The notes under the pieces: generated by a model
Seen by the model: only the letters and a program-made list of their open reading frames with translations
Told to the model about the DNA's origin: nothing
The model's database searches: none
Assembly: GCA_964016885.1 (NCBI GenBank)
Contig: CAXHJY010000132.1
Location: 62,001-126,000 of the forward strand
DNA from: Eledone cirrhosa
Lineage: Eukaryota
Length of the DNA stretch: 64,000 bases
Direction of reading: 5' to 3'
Program-made: the position numbers and the translations under genes
Part shown: piece by piece, positions 36,893 to 49,500 of the stretch
Numbering within the stretch: position 1 is the first letter of the stretch
Layout of the letters: each line of letters begins with the position of its first letter

Positions 36893-39800
36893 TCTTTACC
36901 TTGTCTTCCCTCAAAACTTCGTTATTCACCAAGCTATCTTTCTCTACCTTGTCTTCCCTCAAAACTTCGTTCTTCACCAAGCTATCTTTCTCTACCTTGT
37001 CTTCCCTCAAAACTTCGTTCTTCACCAAGCTATCTTTCTCTACCTTGTCTTCCCTCAAAACTTCGTTCTTCACCAAGCTATCTTTCTCTACCTTGTCTTC
37101 CCCCAGAACATCGTCTTCACCAAGCTATCTTTCTCTACCTTGTCTTCCCTCAAAACATCGTTATTCACCAAGCTATCTTTCTCTACCTTGCCTTCCTGCA
37201 AAACTTCGTTCTTCATCAAGCTATCTTTCTCTACTTTGTCTTCCCTCAAAACATCGTTCGTTCTTCATCAAGCTATCTTTCTCTACCTTGTCTTCCCTCA
37301 AGACTTCGTTCGTTACCAAGCTATCTTTCTCTACATTGTCTTCCCCCAAAACTTCGTTCTTCATCAAGCTATATTTCTCTACCTTGTCTTCCCTCAAAAC
37401 GTCGTTCTTCACCAAGCTATCTTTCTCTACCTTGTCTTCCCACAAAACTTCGTTCTTCATCAAGCTATCTTTCTCTACCTTGTCTTCCCTCAAAACGTCG
37501 TTCTTCACCAAGCTATCTTTCTCTACCTTGTCTTCCCACAAAACTTCGTGCTTCATCAAGCTATCTTTCTCTACCTTGTCTTCCCTCAAAACGTCGTTCT
37601 TCACCAAGCTATCTTTCTCTACCTTGTCTTCCCCCAAAACTTCGTTCTTCACCAAGCTATCTTTCTCTACCTTGTCTACCCCCAAAACTTCGTTCTTCAC
37701 CAAGCTATCTTTCTCTACCTTGTCTTCCCACAAAACTTCGTTCTTCACCAAGCTATCTCTCTCTACCTTGTCTTCCCACAAAACGTCGTTCTTCACCAAG
37801 CTATCTTTCGCTACCTTGTCTTCCCTCAAAACGTCGTTCTTCACCAAGCTATCTTTCTCTACCCATTCTTCTCTTAAAACTTCGTTCTTCACCAAGCTCT
37901 CTTTCTCTACCTTGTCTTCCCACAAAACTTCGTTCTTCACCAAGCTATCTTTCTCTACCCTGTCTTCCCCCAAAACTTCGTTCCTCACCAAGCTATCTTT
38001 CTCTACCTTGTCTTCCCTCAAAACTTCGTTCTTCACCAAGCTATCTTTCTCTACCTTGTCTTCCCTCAAAACGTCGTTCTTCACCAAGCTATCTTTCTCT
38101 ACCTTGTCTTCCCTCAAAACTTCGTTCTTCACCAAGCTATCTTTCCCTACCTTTTTTTCCCCCAAAACTCCGTTCTTCACCAAACTATCTTTCTCTACCT
38201 TGTCTTTCCTCAAAACTTCGTTCTTCACCAAGCTATCTTTCTCTATCTTGTCTTCCCTCAAAACTCCGTTCTTCATCAAGCTATCGTTCTCTACTTTGTC
38301 TTCCCTCGAAACGTCGTTCTTCACCAAGCTATCTTTCTCTACCTTGTCTTCCCTCAATACTTCGTTCGTTCTTCACCAAGCTATCTTTCTTTACCTTGTC
38401 TTCCCCCAAAACTTCGTTCTTCACCAAGCTAACTTTCTCTACCTTGTCTTCCCTCAAAACTTCGTTCTTCATCAAGCTATCTTTCTCTACCTTGTCTTCC
38501 CTCAAAACTTCGTTCTTCACCAAGCTATCTTTCTCTACCTTGTCTTCCCTCAAAACTTCGTTCTTCACCAAGCTATCTTTCTCTACCTTGTCATCCCTCA
38601 AAACTTCGTTCTTCACCAAGCTAACTTTCTCTACCTTGTCTTCCCTCAAAACTTCGTTCTTCATCAAGCTATCTTTCTCTACCTTGTCTTCCCTCAAAAC
38701 TTCGTTCTTCACCAAGCTATATTTCTCTACCTTTTTTTCCCCCAAAACTTCGTTCTTCACCAAACTATCTTTCTCTACCTTGTCTTCGCTCAAAACTTCG
38801 TTCTTCACCAAGCTATCTTTCTCTACCTTGTCTTCCCTCAAAACTCCGTTCTTCATCAAGCTATCGTTCTCTACTTTGTCTTCCCTCAAAACGTCGTTCT
38901 TCACCTAGCTATCTTTCTCTACCTTGTCTTCCCTCAAAACGTCGTTCGTTCTTCACCAAGCTATCTTTCTTTACCTTGTCTTCCCCCAAAACTTCGTTCT
39001 TCACAAGCTATCCTTCTCTACCTTGTCTTCCCTCAAAACTTCGTTCTTGATCAAGCTATCTTTCTCTACCTTGTCTTCCCTCAAAACTTCGTTCTTCATC
39101 AAGCTATCTTTCTCTACCTTGTCTTCCCTCAAAACTTCGTTCTTCACCAAGCTATCTTTCTCTACCTTGTCTTCCCTCAAAACTTCGTTCTTCACCAAGC
39201 TATCTTACTCTACCTTGTCTTCCCTCAAAACTTCGTTCTTCACCAAGCTAACTTTCTCTACCTTGTCTTCCCTCAAAACTTCGTTCTTCATCAAGCTATC
39301 TTTCTCTACCTTGTCTTCCCTCAAAACTTCGTTCTTCACCAAGCTATCTTTCTCTACCTTGTCTTCCCTCAAAACTTCGTTCTTCACCAAGCTATCTTTC
39401 TCTACCTTTTTTCCCCCCAAAACTTCGTTCTTCACCAAACTATCTTTCTCTACCTTGTCTTCCCTCAAAACTTCGTTCTTCACCAAGCTATCTTTCTCTA
39501 CCTTGTCTTCCCTCAAAACTCCGTTCTTCATCAAGCTATCGTTCTCTACTGTGTCTTCCCTCAAAACGTCGTTCTTCACCTAGCTATCTTTCTCTACCTT
39601 GTCTTCCCTCAAAACGTCGTTCGTTCTTCACCAAGCTATCTTTCTCTACCTTGTCTTCCCCCAAAACTTCGTTCTTCACAAGCTATCCTTCTCTACCTTG
39701 TCTTCCCTCAAAACTTCGTTCTTGATCAAGCTATCTTTCTCTACCTTGTCTTCCCTCAAAACTTTGTTCTTCACCAAGTTATCTTTCTCTACCTTGTCTT

Positions 39801-42800
39801 CCCTCAAAACTTCGTTCTTCACCAAGCTATCTTTCTCTACCTTGTCTTCCCTCAAAACTTCGTTCTTCACCAAGCTATCTTTCTCTACCTTGTCTTCCCC
39901 CAAAACATCGTTCTTCACCAAGCTATCTTTCTTTACCTTGTCTTCCCTCAAAACTTCGTTATTCACCAAGCTATCTTTCTCTACCTTGTCTTCCCTCAAA
40001 ACTTCGTTCTTCACCAAGCTATCTTTCTCTACCTTGTCTTCCCTCAAAACTTCGTTCTTCACCAAGCTATATTTCTCTACCTTGTCTTCCCTCAAAACGT
40101 CGTTCTTCACCAAGCTATCTTTCTCTACCTTGTCTTCCCACAAAACTTCGTTCTTCATCAAGCTATCTTTCTCTACCTTGTCTTCCCTCAAAACGTCGTT
40201 CTTCACCAAGCTATCTTTCTCTACCTTGTCTTCCCACAAAACTTCGTGCTTCATCAAGCTATCTTTCTCTACCTTGTCTTCCCTCAAAACGTCGTTCTTC
40301 ACCAAGCTATCTTTCTCTACCTTGTCTTCCCCCAAAACTTCGTTCTTCACCAAGCTATCTTTCTCTACCTTGTCTACCCCCAAAACTTCGTTCTTCACCA
40401 AGCTATCTTTCTCTACCTTGTCTTCCCACAAAACTTCGTTCTTCACCAAGCTATCTCTCTCTACCTTGTCTTCCCACAAAACGTCGTTCTTCACCAAGCT
40501 ATCTTTCGCTACCTTGTCTTCCCTCAAAACGTCGTTCTTCACCAAGCTATCTTTCTCTACCCATTCTTCTCTTAAAACTTCGTTCTTCACCAAGCTCTCT
40601 TTCTCTACCTTGTCTTCCCACAAAACTTCGTTCTTCACCAAGCTATCTTTCTCTACCCTGTCTTCCCCCAAAACTTCGTTCCTCACCAAGCTATCTTTCT
40701 CTACCTTGTCTTCCCTCAAAACTTCGTTCTTCACCAAGCTATCTTTCTCTACCTTGTCTTCCCTCAAAACGTCGTTCTTCACCAAGCTATCTTTCTCTAC
40801 CTTGTCTTCCCTCAAAACTTCGTTCTTCACCAAGCTATCTTTCCCTACCTTTTTTTCCCCCAAAACTCCGTTCTTCACCAAACTATCTTTCTCTACCTTG
40901 TCTTTCCTCAAAACTTCGTTCTTCACCAAGCTATCTTTCTCTATCTTGTCTTCCCTCAAAACTCCGTTCTTCATCAAGCTATCGTTCTCTACTTTGTCTT
41001 CCCTCGAAACGTCGTTCTTCACCAAGCTATCTTTCTCTACCTTGTCTTCCCTCAATACTTCGTTCGTTCTTCACCAAGCTATCTTTCTTTACCTTGTCTT
41101 CCCCCAAAACTTCGTTCTTCACCAAGCTAACTTTCTCTACCTTGTCTTCCCTCAAAACTTCGTTCTTCATCAAGCTATCTTTCTCTACCTTGTCTTCCCT
41201 CAAAACTTCGTTCTTCACCAAGCTATCTTTCTCTACCTTGTCTTCCCTCAAAACTTCGTTCTTCACCAAGCTATCTTTCTCTACCTTGTCATCCCTCAAA
41301 ACTTCGTTCTTCACCAAGCTAACTTTCTCTACCTTGTCTTCCCTCAAAACTTCGTTCTTCATCAAGCTATCTTTCTCTACCTTGTCTTCCCTCAAAACTT
41401 CGTTCTTCACCAAGCTATATTTCTCTACCTTTTTTTCCCCCAAAACTTCGTTCTTCACCAAACTATCTTTCTCTACCTTGTCTTCGCTCAAAACTTCGTT
41501 CTTCACCAAGCTATCTTTCTCTACCTTGTCTTCCCTCAAAACTCCGTTCTTCATCAAGCTATCGTTCTCTACTTTGTCTTCCCTCAAAACGTCGTTCTTC
41601 ACCTAGCTATCTTTCTCTACCTTGTCTTCCCTCAAAACGTCGTTCGTTCTTCACCAAGCTATCTTTCTTTACCTTGTCTTCCCCCAAAACTTCGTTCTTC
41701 ACAAGCTATCCTTCTCTACCTTGTCTTCCCTCAAAACTTCGTTCTTGATCAAGCTATCTTTCTCTACCTTGTCTTCCCTCAAAACTTCGTTCTTCATCAA
41801 GCTATCTTTCTCTACCTTGTCTTCCCTCAAAACTTCGTTCTTCACCAAGCTATCTTTCTCTACCTTGTCTTCCCTCAAAACTTCGTTCTTCACCAAGCTA
41901 TCTTACTCTACCTTGTCTTCCCTCAAAACTTCGTTCTTCACCAAGCTAACTTTCTCTACCTTGTCTTCCCTCAAAACTTCGTTCTTCATCAAGCTATCTT
42001 TCTCTACCTTGTCTTCCCTCAAAACTTCGTTCTTCACCAAGCTATCTTTCTCTACCTTGTCTTCCCTCAAAACTTCGTTCTTCACCAAGCTATCTTTCTC
42101 TACCTTTTTTCCCCCCAAAACTTCGTTCTTCACCAAACTATCTTTCTCTACCTTGTCTTCCCTCAAAACTTCGTTCTTCACCAAGCTATCTTTCTCTACC
42201 TTGTCTTCCCTCAAAACTCCGTTCTTCATCAAGCTATCGTTCTCTACTGTGTCTTCCCTCAAAACGTCGTTCTTCACCTAGCTATCTTTCTCTACCTTGT
42301 CTTCCCTCAAAACGTCGTTCGTTCTTCACCAAGCTATCTTTCTCTACCTTGTCTTCCCCCAAAACTTCGTTCTTCACAAGCTATCCTTCTCTACCTTGTC
42401 TTCCCTCAAAACTTCGTTCTTGATCAAGCTATCTTTCTCTACCTTGTCTTCCCTCAAAACTTTGTTCTTCACCAAGCTATCTTTCTCTACCTTGTCTTCC
42501 CTCAAAACTTCGTTCTTCACCAAGCTATCTTTCTCTACCTTGTCTTCCCTCAAAACTTCGTTCTTCACCAAGCTATCTTTCTCTACCTTGTCTTCCCCCA
42601 AAACATCGTTCTTCACCAAGCTATCTTTCTTTACCTTGTCTTCCCTCAAAACTTCGTTATTCACCAAGCTATCTTTCTCTACCTTGTCTTCCCTCAAAAC
42701 TTCGTTCTTCACCAAGCTATCTTTCTCTACCTTGTCTTCCCTCAAAACTTCGTTCTTCACCAAGCTATCTTTCTCTACCTTGTCTTCCCTCAAAACTTCG

Positions 42801-45700
42801 TTCTTCACCAAGCTATCTTTCTCTACCTTGTCTTCCCCCAGAACATCGTCTTCACCAAGCTATCTTTCTCTACCTTGTCTTCCCTCAAAACATCGTTATT
42901 CACCAAGCTATCTTTCTCTACCTTGCCTTCCTGCAAAACTTCGTTCTTCATCAAGCTATCTTTCTCTACTTTGTCTTCCCTCAAAACATCGTTCGTTCTT
43001 CATCAAGCTATCTTTCTCTACCTTGTCTTCCCTCAAGACTTCGTTCGTCACCAAGCTATCTTTCTCTACATTGTCTTCCCCCAAAACTTCGTTCTTCATC
43101 AAGCTATATTTCTCTACCTTGTCTTCCCTCAAAACGTCGTTCTTCACCAAGCTATCTTTCTCTACCTTGTCTTCCCACAAAACTTCGTTCTTCATCAAGC
43201 TATCTTTCTCTACCTTGTCTTCCCTCAAAACGTCGTTCTTCACCAAGCTATCTTTCTCTACCTTGTCTTCCCACAAAACTTCGTGCTTCATCAAGCTATC
43301 TTTCTCTACCTTGTCTTCCCTCAAAACGTCGTTCTTCACCAAGCTATCTTTCTCTACCTTGTCTTCCCCCAAAACTTCGTTCTTCACCAAGCTATCTTTC
43401 TCTACCTTGTCTACCCCCAAAACTTCGTTCTTCACCAAGCTATCTTTCTCTACCTTGTCTTCCCACAAAACTTCGTTCTTCACCAAGCTATCTCTCTCTA
43501 CCTTGTCTTCCCACAAAACGTCGTTCTTCACCAAGCTATCTTTCGCTACCTTGTCTTCCCTCAAAACGTCGTTCTTCACCAAGCTATCTTTCTCTACCCA
43601 TTCTTCTCTTAAAACTTCGTTCTTCACCAAGCTCTCTTTCTCTACCTTGTCTTCCCACAAAACTTCGTTCTTCACCAAGCTATCTTTCTCTACCCTGTCT
43701 TCCCCCAAAACTTCGTTCCTCACCAAGCTATCTTTCTCTACCTTGTCTTCCCTCAAAACTTCGTTCTTCACCAAGCTATCTTTCTCTACCTTGTCTTCCC
43801 TCAAAACGTCGTTCTTCACCAAGCTATCTTTCTCTACCTTGTCTTCCCTCAAAACTTCGTTCTTCACCAAGCTATCTTTCCCTACCTTTTTTTCCCCCAA
43901 AACTCCGTTCTTCACCAAGCTATCTTTCTCTATCTTGTCTTCCCTCAAAACTCCGTTCTTCATCAAGCTATCGTTCTCTACTTTGTCTTCCCTCGAAACG
44001 TCGTTCTTCACCAAGCTATCTTTCTCTACCTTGTCTTCCCTCAATACTTCGTTCGTTCTTCATCAAGCTATCTTTCTCTACCTTGTCTTCCCCCAAAACT
44101 TCGTTCTTCACAAGCTATCCTTCTCTACCTTGTCTTCCCTCAAAACTTCGTTCTTCACCAAGCTATCTTTCTTTACCTTGTCTTCCCTCAAAACTTCGTT
44201 ATTCACCAAGCTATCTTTCTCTACCTTGTCTTCCCTCAAAACTTCGTTCTTCACCAAGCTATCTTTCTCTACCTTGTCTTCCCTCAAAACTTCGTTCTTC
44301 ACCAAGCTATCTTTCTCTACCTTGTCTTCCCTCAAAACTTCGTTCTTCACCAAGCTATCTTTCTCTACCTTGTCTTCCCCCAGAACATCGTCTTCACCAA
44401 GCTATCTTTCTCTACCTTGTCTTCCCTCAAAACATCGTTATTCACCAAGCTATCTTTCTCTACCTTGCCTTCCTGCAAAACTTCGTTCTTCATCAAGCTA
44501 TCTTTCTCTACTTTGTCTTCCCTCAAAACATCGTTCGTTCTTCATCAAGCTATCTTTCTCTACCTTGTCTTCCCTCAAGACTTCGTTCGTCACCAAGCTA
44601 TCTTTCTCTACATTGTCTTCCCCCAAAACTTCGTTCTTCATCAAGCTATATTTCTCTACCTTGTCTTCCCTCAAAACGTCGTTCTTCACCAAGCTATCTT
44701 TCTCTACCTTGTCTTCCCACAAAACTTCGTTCTTCATCAAGCTATCTGTCTCTACCTTGTCTTCCCTCAAAACCTCGTTCTTCACCAAGCTATCTTTCTC
44801 TACCTTGTCTTCCCACAAAACTTCGTGCTTCATCAAGCTATCTTTCTCTACCTTGTCTTCCCTCAAAACGTCGTTCTTCACCAAGCTATCTTTCTCTACC
44901 TTGTCTTCCCCCAAAACTTCGTTCTTCACCAAGCTATCTTTCTCTACCTTGTCTACCCCCAAAACTTCGTTCTTCACCAAGCTATCTTTCTCTACCTTGT
45001 CTTCCCACAAAACTTCGTTCTTCACCAAGCTATCTCTCTCTACCTTGTCTTCCCACAAAACGTCGTTCTTCACCAAGCTATCTTTCGCTACCTTGTCTTC
45101 CCTCAAAACGTCGTTCTTCACCAAGCTATCTTTCTCTACCCATTCTTCTCTTAAAACTTCGTTCTTCACCAAGCTCTCTTTCTCTACCTTGTCTTCCCAC
45201 AAAACTTCGTTCTTCACCAAGCTATCTTTCTCTACCCTGTCTTCCCCCAAAACTTCGTTCCTCACCAAGCTATCTTTCTCTACCTTGTCTTCCCTCAAAA
45301 CTTCGTTCTTCACCAAGCTATCTTTCTCTACCTTGTCTTCCCTCAAAACGTCGTTCTTCACCAAGCTATCTTTCTCTACCTTGTCTTCCCTCAAAACTTC
45401 GTTCTTCACCAAGCTATCTTTCCCTACCTTTTTTTCCCCCAAAACTCCGTTCTTCACCAAACTATCTTTCTCTACCTTGTCTTTCCTCAAAACTTCGTTC
45501 TTCACCAAGCTATCTTTCTCTATCTTGTCTTCCCTCAAAACTCCGTTCTTCATCAAGCTATCGTTCTCTACTTTGTCTTCCCTCGAAACGTCGTTCTTCA
45601 CCAAGCTATCTTTCTCTACCTTGTCTTCCCTCAATACTTCGTTCGTTCTTCATCAAGCTATCTTTCTCTACCTTGTCTTCCCCCAAAACTTCGTTCTTCA
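35880..45700. repeat. Nested higher-order duplications (offsets 3037, 2698, 5735 and 1542/1590 bp)
   Basis: ORF coordinate pairs: 35887/38924 and 36562/39599 (3037); 38329/41027 and 38924/41622 (2698); 36562/42297 and 37221/42956 (5735); 42956/44498 (1542); 44044/45634 (1590). Shared variants ACTGTGTC, TCGTGCTTC, TTCGCTCAAA and CATCGTCTTC. Confidence 0.87.
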
Positions 45701-46539
45701 CAAGCTATCCTTCTCTACCTTGTCTTCCCTCAAAACTTCGTTCTTCACCAAGCTATCTTTCTCTACCTTGTCTTCCCTCAAAACTTCGTTCTTGATCAAG
45801 CTATCTTTCTATTCCTTGTCTTCCCTCAAAACTTCGTTCTTCACCAAGCTATCTTTCTCTACTTTGTCTTCCCTCAAAACATCGTTCGTTCTTCATCAAG
45901 CTATCTTTCTCTACCTTGTCTTCCCTCAAGACTTCGTTCGTCACCAAGCTATCTTTCTCTACATTGTCTTCCTCCAAAACTTCGTTCTTCATCAAGCTAT
46001 CTTTCTCTACCTTGTCTTCCCTCAAAACGTCGTTCTTCACCAAGCTATCTTTCTCTACCTTGTCTTCCCACAAAACGTCGTTCTTCACCAAGCTATCTTT
46101 CCCTACCTTGTCTTCCCTCAAAACGTCGTTCTTCACCAAGCTATCTTTCTCTACCCATTCTTCTCTCAAAACTTCGTTCTTCACCAAGCCCTCTTTCTCT
46201 ACCTTGTCTTCCCTCAAAACTTCGTTCTTCACCAGGCTATCTTTCTCAACCCTGTCTTCCCCCAAAACTTCGTTCTTCACCAAGCTATCTTTCTCTACCT
46301 TTTTTCCCCCAAAACTCCGTTCTTCACCAAACTATCTTTCTCTACCTTGTCTTCCCTCAAAACTTCGTTCTTCACCAAGCTATCTTTCTCTATCTTGTCT
46401 TCCCTCAAAACTCCGTTCTTCATCAAGCTATCGTTCTCTACCTTGTCTTCCCTCAAAACTTCGTTCTTCATCAAGCTATATTTCTCTACCTTTTTTTCCC
46501 CCAAAACTTCGTTCTTCACCAAACTATCTTTCTCTACCT

Positions 46540-49500
46540 TGTCTTCCCTCAAAACTTCGTTCTTCACCAAGCTATCTTTCTCTACCTTGTCTTCCCTCAA
46601 AACTTCGTTCTTCACCAAGCTATCTTTCTCTACCTTGTCTTCCCTCAAAACTTCGTTCTTCACCAAGCTATCTTTCTCTACCTTGTCTTCCCCCAAAACA
46701 TCGTTCTTCACCAAGCTATCTTTCTTTACCTTGTCTTCCCTCAAAACTTCGTTATTCACCAAGCTATCTTTCTCTACCTTGTCTTCCCTCAAAACTTCGT
46801 TCTTCACCAAGCTATCTTTCTCTACCTTGTCTTCCCTCAAAACTTCGTTCGTCACCAAGCTATCTTTCTCTACATTGTCTTCCCCCAAAACTTCGTTCTT
46901 CATCAAGCTATCTTTCTCTACCTTGTCTTCCCTCAAAACGTCGTTCTTCACCAAGCTATCTTTCTCTACCTTGTCTTCCCACAAAACTTCGTTCTTCATC
47001 AAGCTATCTTTCTCTACCTTGTCTTCCCTCAAAACGTCATTCTTCACCAAGCTATCTTTCTCTACCTTGTCTTCCCCCAAAACTTCGTTCTTCACCAAGC
47101 TATCTTTCTCTACCTTGTCTACCCCCAAAACTTCGTTCTTCACCAAGCTATCTTTCTCTACCTTGTCTTCCCACAAAACTTCGTTCTTCACCAAGCTATC
47201 TCTCTCTACCTTGTCTTCCCACAAAACGTCGTTCTTCACCAAGCTATCTTTCGCTACCTTGTCTTCCCTCAAAACGTCGTTCTTCACGAAGCTATCTTTC
47301 TCTACCCATTCTTCTCTTAAAACTTCGTTCTTCACCAAGCTCTCTTTCTCTACCTTGTATTCCCTCAAAACTTCGTTCTTCACCAAGCTATCTTTCTCTA
47401 CCCTGTCTTCCCCCAAAACTTCGTTCCTCACCAAGCTATCTTTCTCTACCTTGTCTTCCCTCAAAACTTCGTTCTTCACCAAGCTATCTTTCTCTACCTT
47501 GTCTTCCCTCAAAACTTCGTTCTTCACCAAGCTATCTTTCTCTACCTTGTCTTCCCTCAAAACTTCGTTCTTCACCAAGCTATCTTTCCCTACCTTTTTT
47601 TCCCCCAAAACTCCGTTCTTCACCAAACTATCTTTCTCTACCTTGTCTTTCCTCAAAACTTCGTTCTTCACCAAGCTATCTTTCTCTATCTTGTCTTGCC
47701 TCAAAACTCCGTTCTTCATCAAGCTATCGTTCTCTACTTTGTCTTCCCTCGAAACGTCGTTCTTCACCAAGCTATCTTTCTCTACCTTGTCTTCCCTCAA
47801 AACTTCGTTCGTTCTTCACCAAGCTATCTTTCTCTACCTTGTCTTCCCCCAAAACTTCGTTCTTCACAAGCTATCCTTCTCTACATTGTCTTCCCTCAAA
47901 ACTTCGTTCTTCACCAAGCTATCTTTCTCTACCTTGTCTTCCCTCAAAACTTCGTTCTTGATCAAGCTATCTTTCTATTCCTTGTCTTCCCTCAAAACTT
48001 CGTTCTTCACCAAGCTATCTTTCTCTACTTTGTCTTCCCTCAAAACATCGTTCGTTCTTCATCAAGCTATCTTTCTCTACCTTGTCTTCCCTCAAGACTT
48101 CGTTCGTCACCAAGCTATCTTTCTCTACATTGTCTACCCCCAAAACTTCGTTCTTCATCAAGCTATCTTTCTCTACCTTGTCTTCCCTCAAAACGTCGTT
48201 CTTCACCAAGCTATCTTTCTCTACCTTGTCTTCCCACAAAACTTCGTTCTTCATCAAGCTATCTTTCTCTACCTTGTCTTCCCTCAAAACGTCGTTCTTC
48301 ACCAAGCTATCTTTCTCTACCTTGCCTTTCCCCAAAACTTCGTTCTTCACCAAGCTATCTTTCTCTACCTTGTCTACCCCCAAAACTTCGTTCTTCACCA
48401 AGCTATCTTTCTCTACCTTGTCTTCCCACAAAACTTCGTTCTTCACCAAGCTATCTCTCTCTACCTTGTTTTCCCACAAAACGTCGTTCTTCACCAAGCT
48501 ATCTTTCGCTACCTTGTCTTCCCTCAAAACGTCGTTCTTCACCAAGCTATCTTTCTCTACCCATTCTTCTCTTAAAACTTCGTTCTTCACCAAGCTCTCT
48601 TTCTCTACCTTGTCTTCCCACAAAACTTCGTTCTTCACCAAGCTATCTTTCTCTACCCTGTCTTCCCCCAAAACTTCGTTCCTCACCAAGCTATCTTTCT
48701 CTACCTTGTCTTCCCTCAAAACTTCGTTCTTCACCAAGCTATCTTTCTCTACCTTGTCTTCCCTCAACACTTCGTTCTTCACCAAGCTATCTTTCTCTAC
48801 CTTGCCTTCCCTCAAAACTTCGTTCTTCACCAAGCTATCTTTCCCTACCTTTTTTCCCCCCAAAACTCCGTTCTTCACCAAACTATCTTTCTCTACCTTG
48901 TCTTTCCTCAAAACTTCGTTCTTCACCAAGCTATCTTTCTCTATCTTGTCTTCCCTCAAAACTCCGTTCTTCATCAAGCTATCGTTCTCTACTTTGTCTT
49001 CCCTCGAAACGTCGTTCTTCACCAAGCTATCTTTCTCTACCTTGTCTTCCCTCAAAACTTCGTTCGTTCTTCACCAAGCTATCTTTCTCTACCTTGTCTT
49101 CCCCCAAAACTTCGTTCTTCACAAGCTATCCTTCTCTACCTTGTCTTCCCTCAAAACTTCGTTCTTCACCAAGCTATCTTTCTCTACCTTGTCTTCCCTC
49201 AAAACTTCGTTCTTGATCAAGCTATCTTTCTATTCCTTGTCTTCCCTCAAAACTTCGTTCTTCACCAAGCTATCTTTCTCTACTTTGTCATCCCTCAAAA
49301 CATCGTTCGTTCTTCATCAAGCTATCTTTCTCTACCTTGTCTTCCCTCAAGACTTCGTTCGTCACCAAGCTATCTTTCTCTACATTGTCTTCCCCCAAAA
49401 CTTCGTTCTTCATCAAGCTATCTTTCTCTACCTTGTCTTCCCTCAAAACGTCGTTCTTCACCAAGCTATCTTTCTCTACCTTGTCTTCCCACAAAACGTC

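Noticed and set aside
46295-47800. Minus-strand E/K/D-rich ORFs as real genes (coiled-coil or repeat-antigen-like)
   Set aside because: They are broken every 0.2-1.5 kb by amplified stops and frameshifts, with no unique N- or C-terminus. Kept only as an ancestry hypothesis.
42297-48575. Very long plus-strand ORFs (up to 2092 aa, S/F/L/T-rich)
   Set aside because: The plus consensus has no TAA, TAG or TGA in any frame, so long ORFs are expected. They start at TTG inside the repeat, overlap in all three frames, switch between peptide types at indels and have no unique domain.
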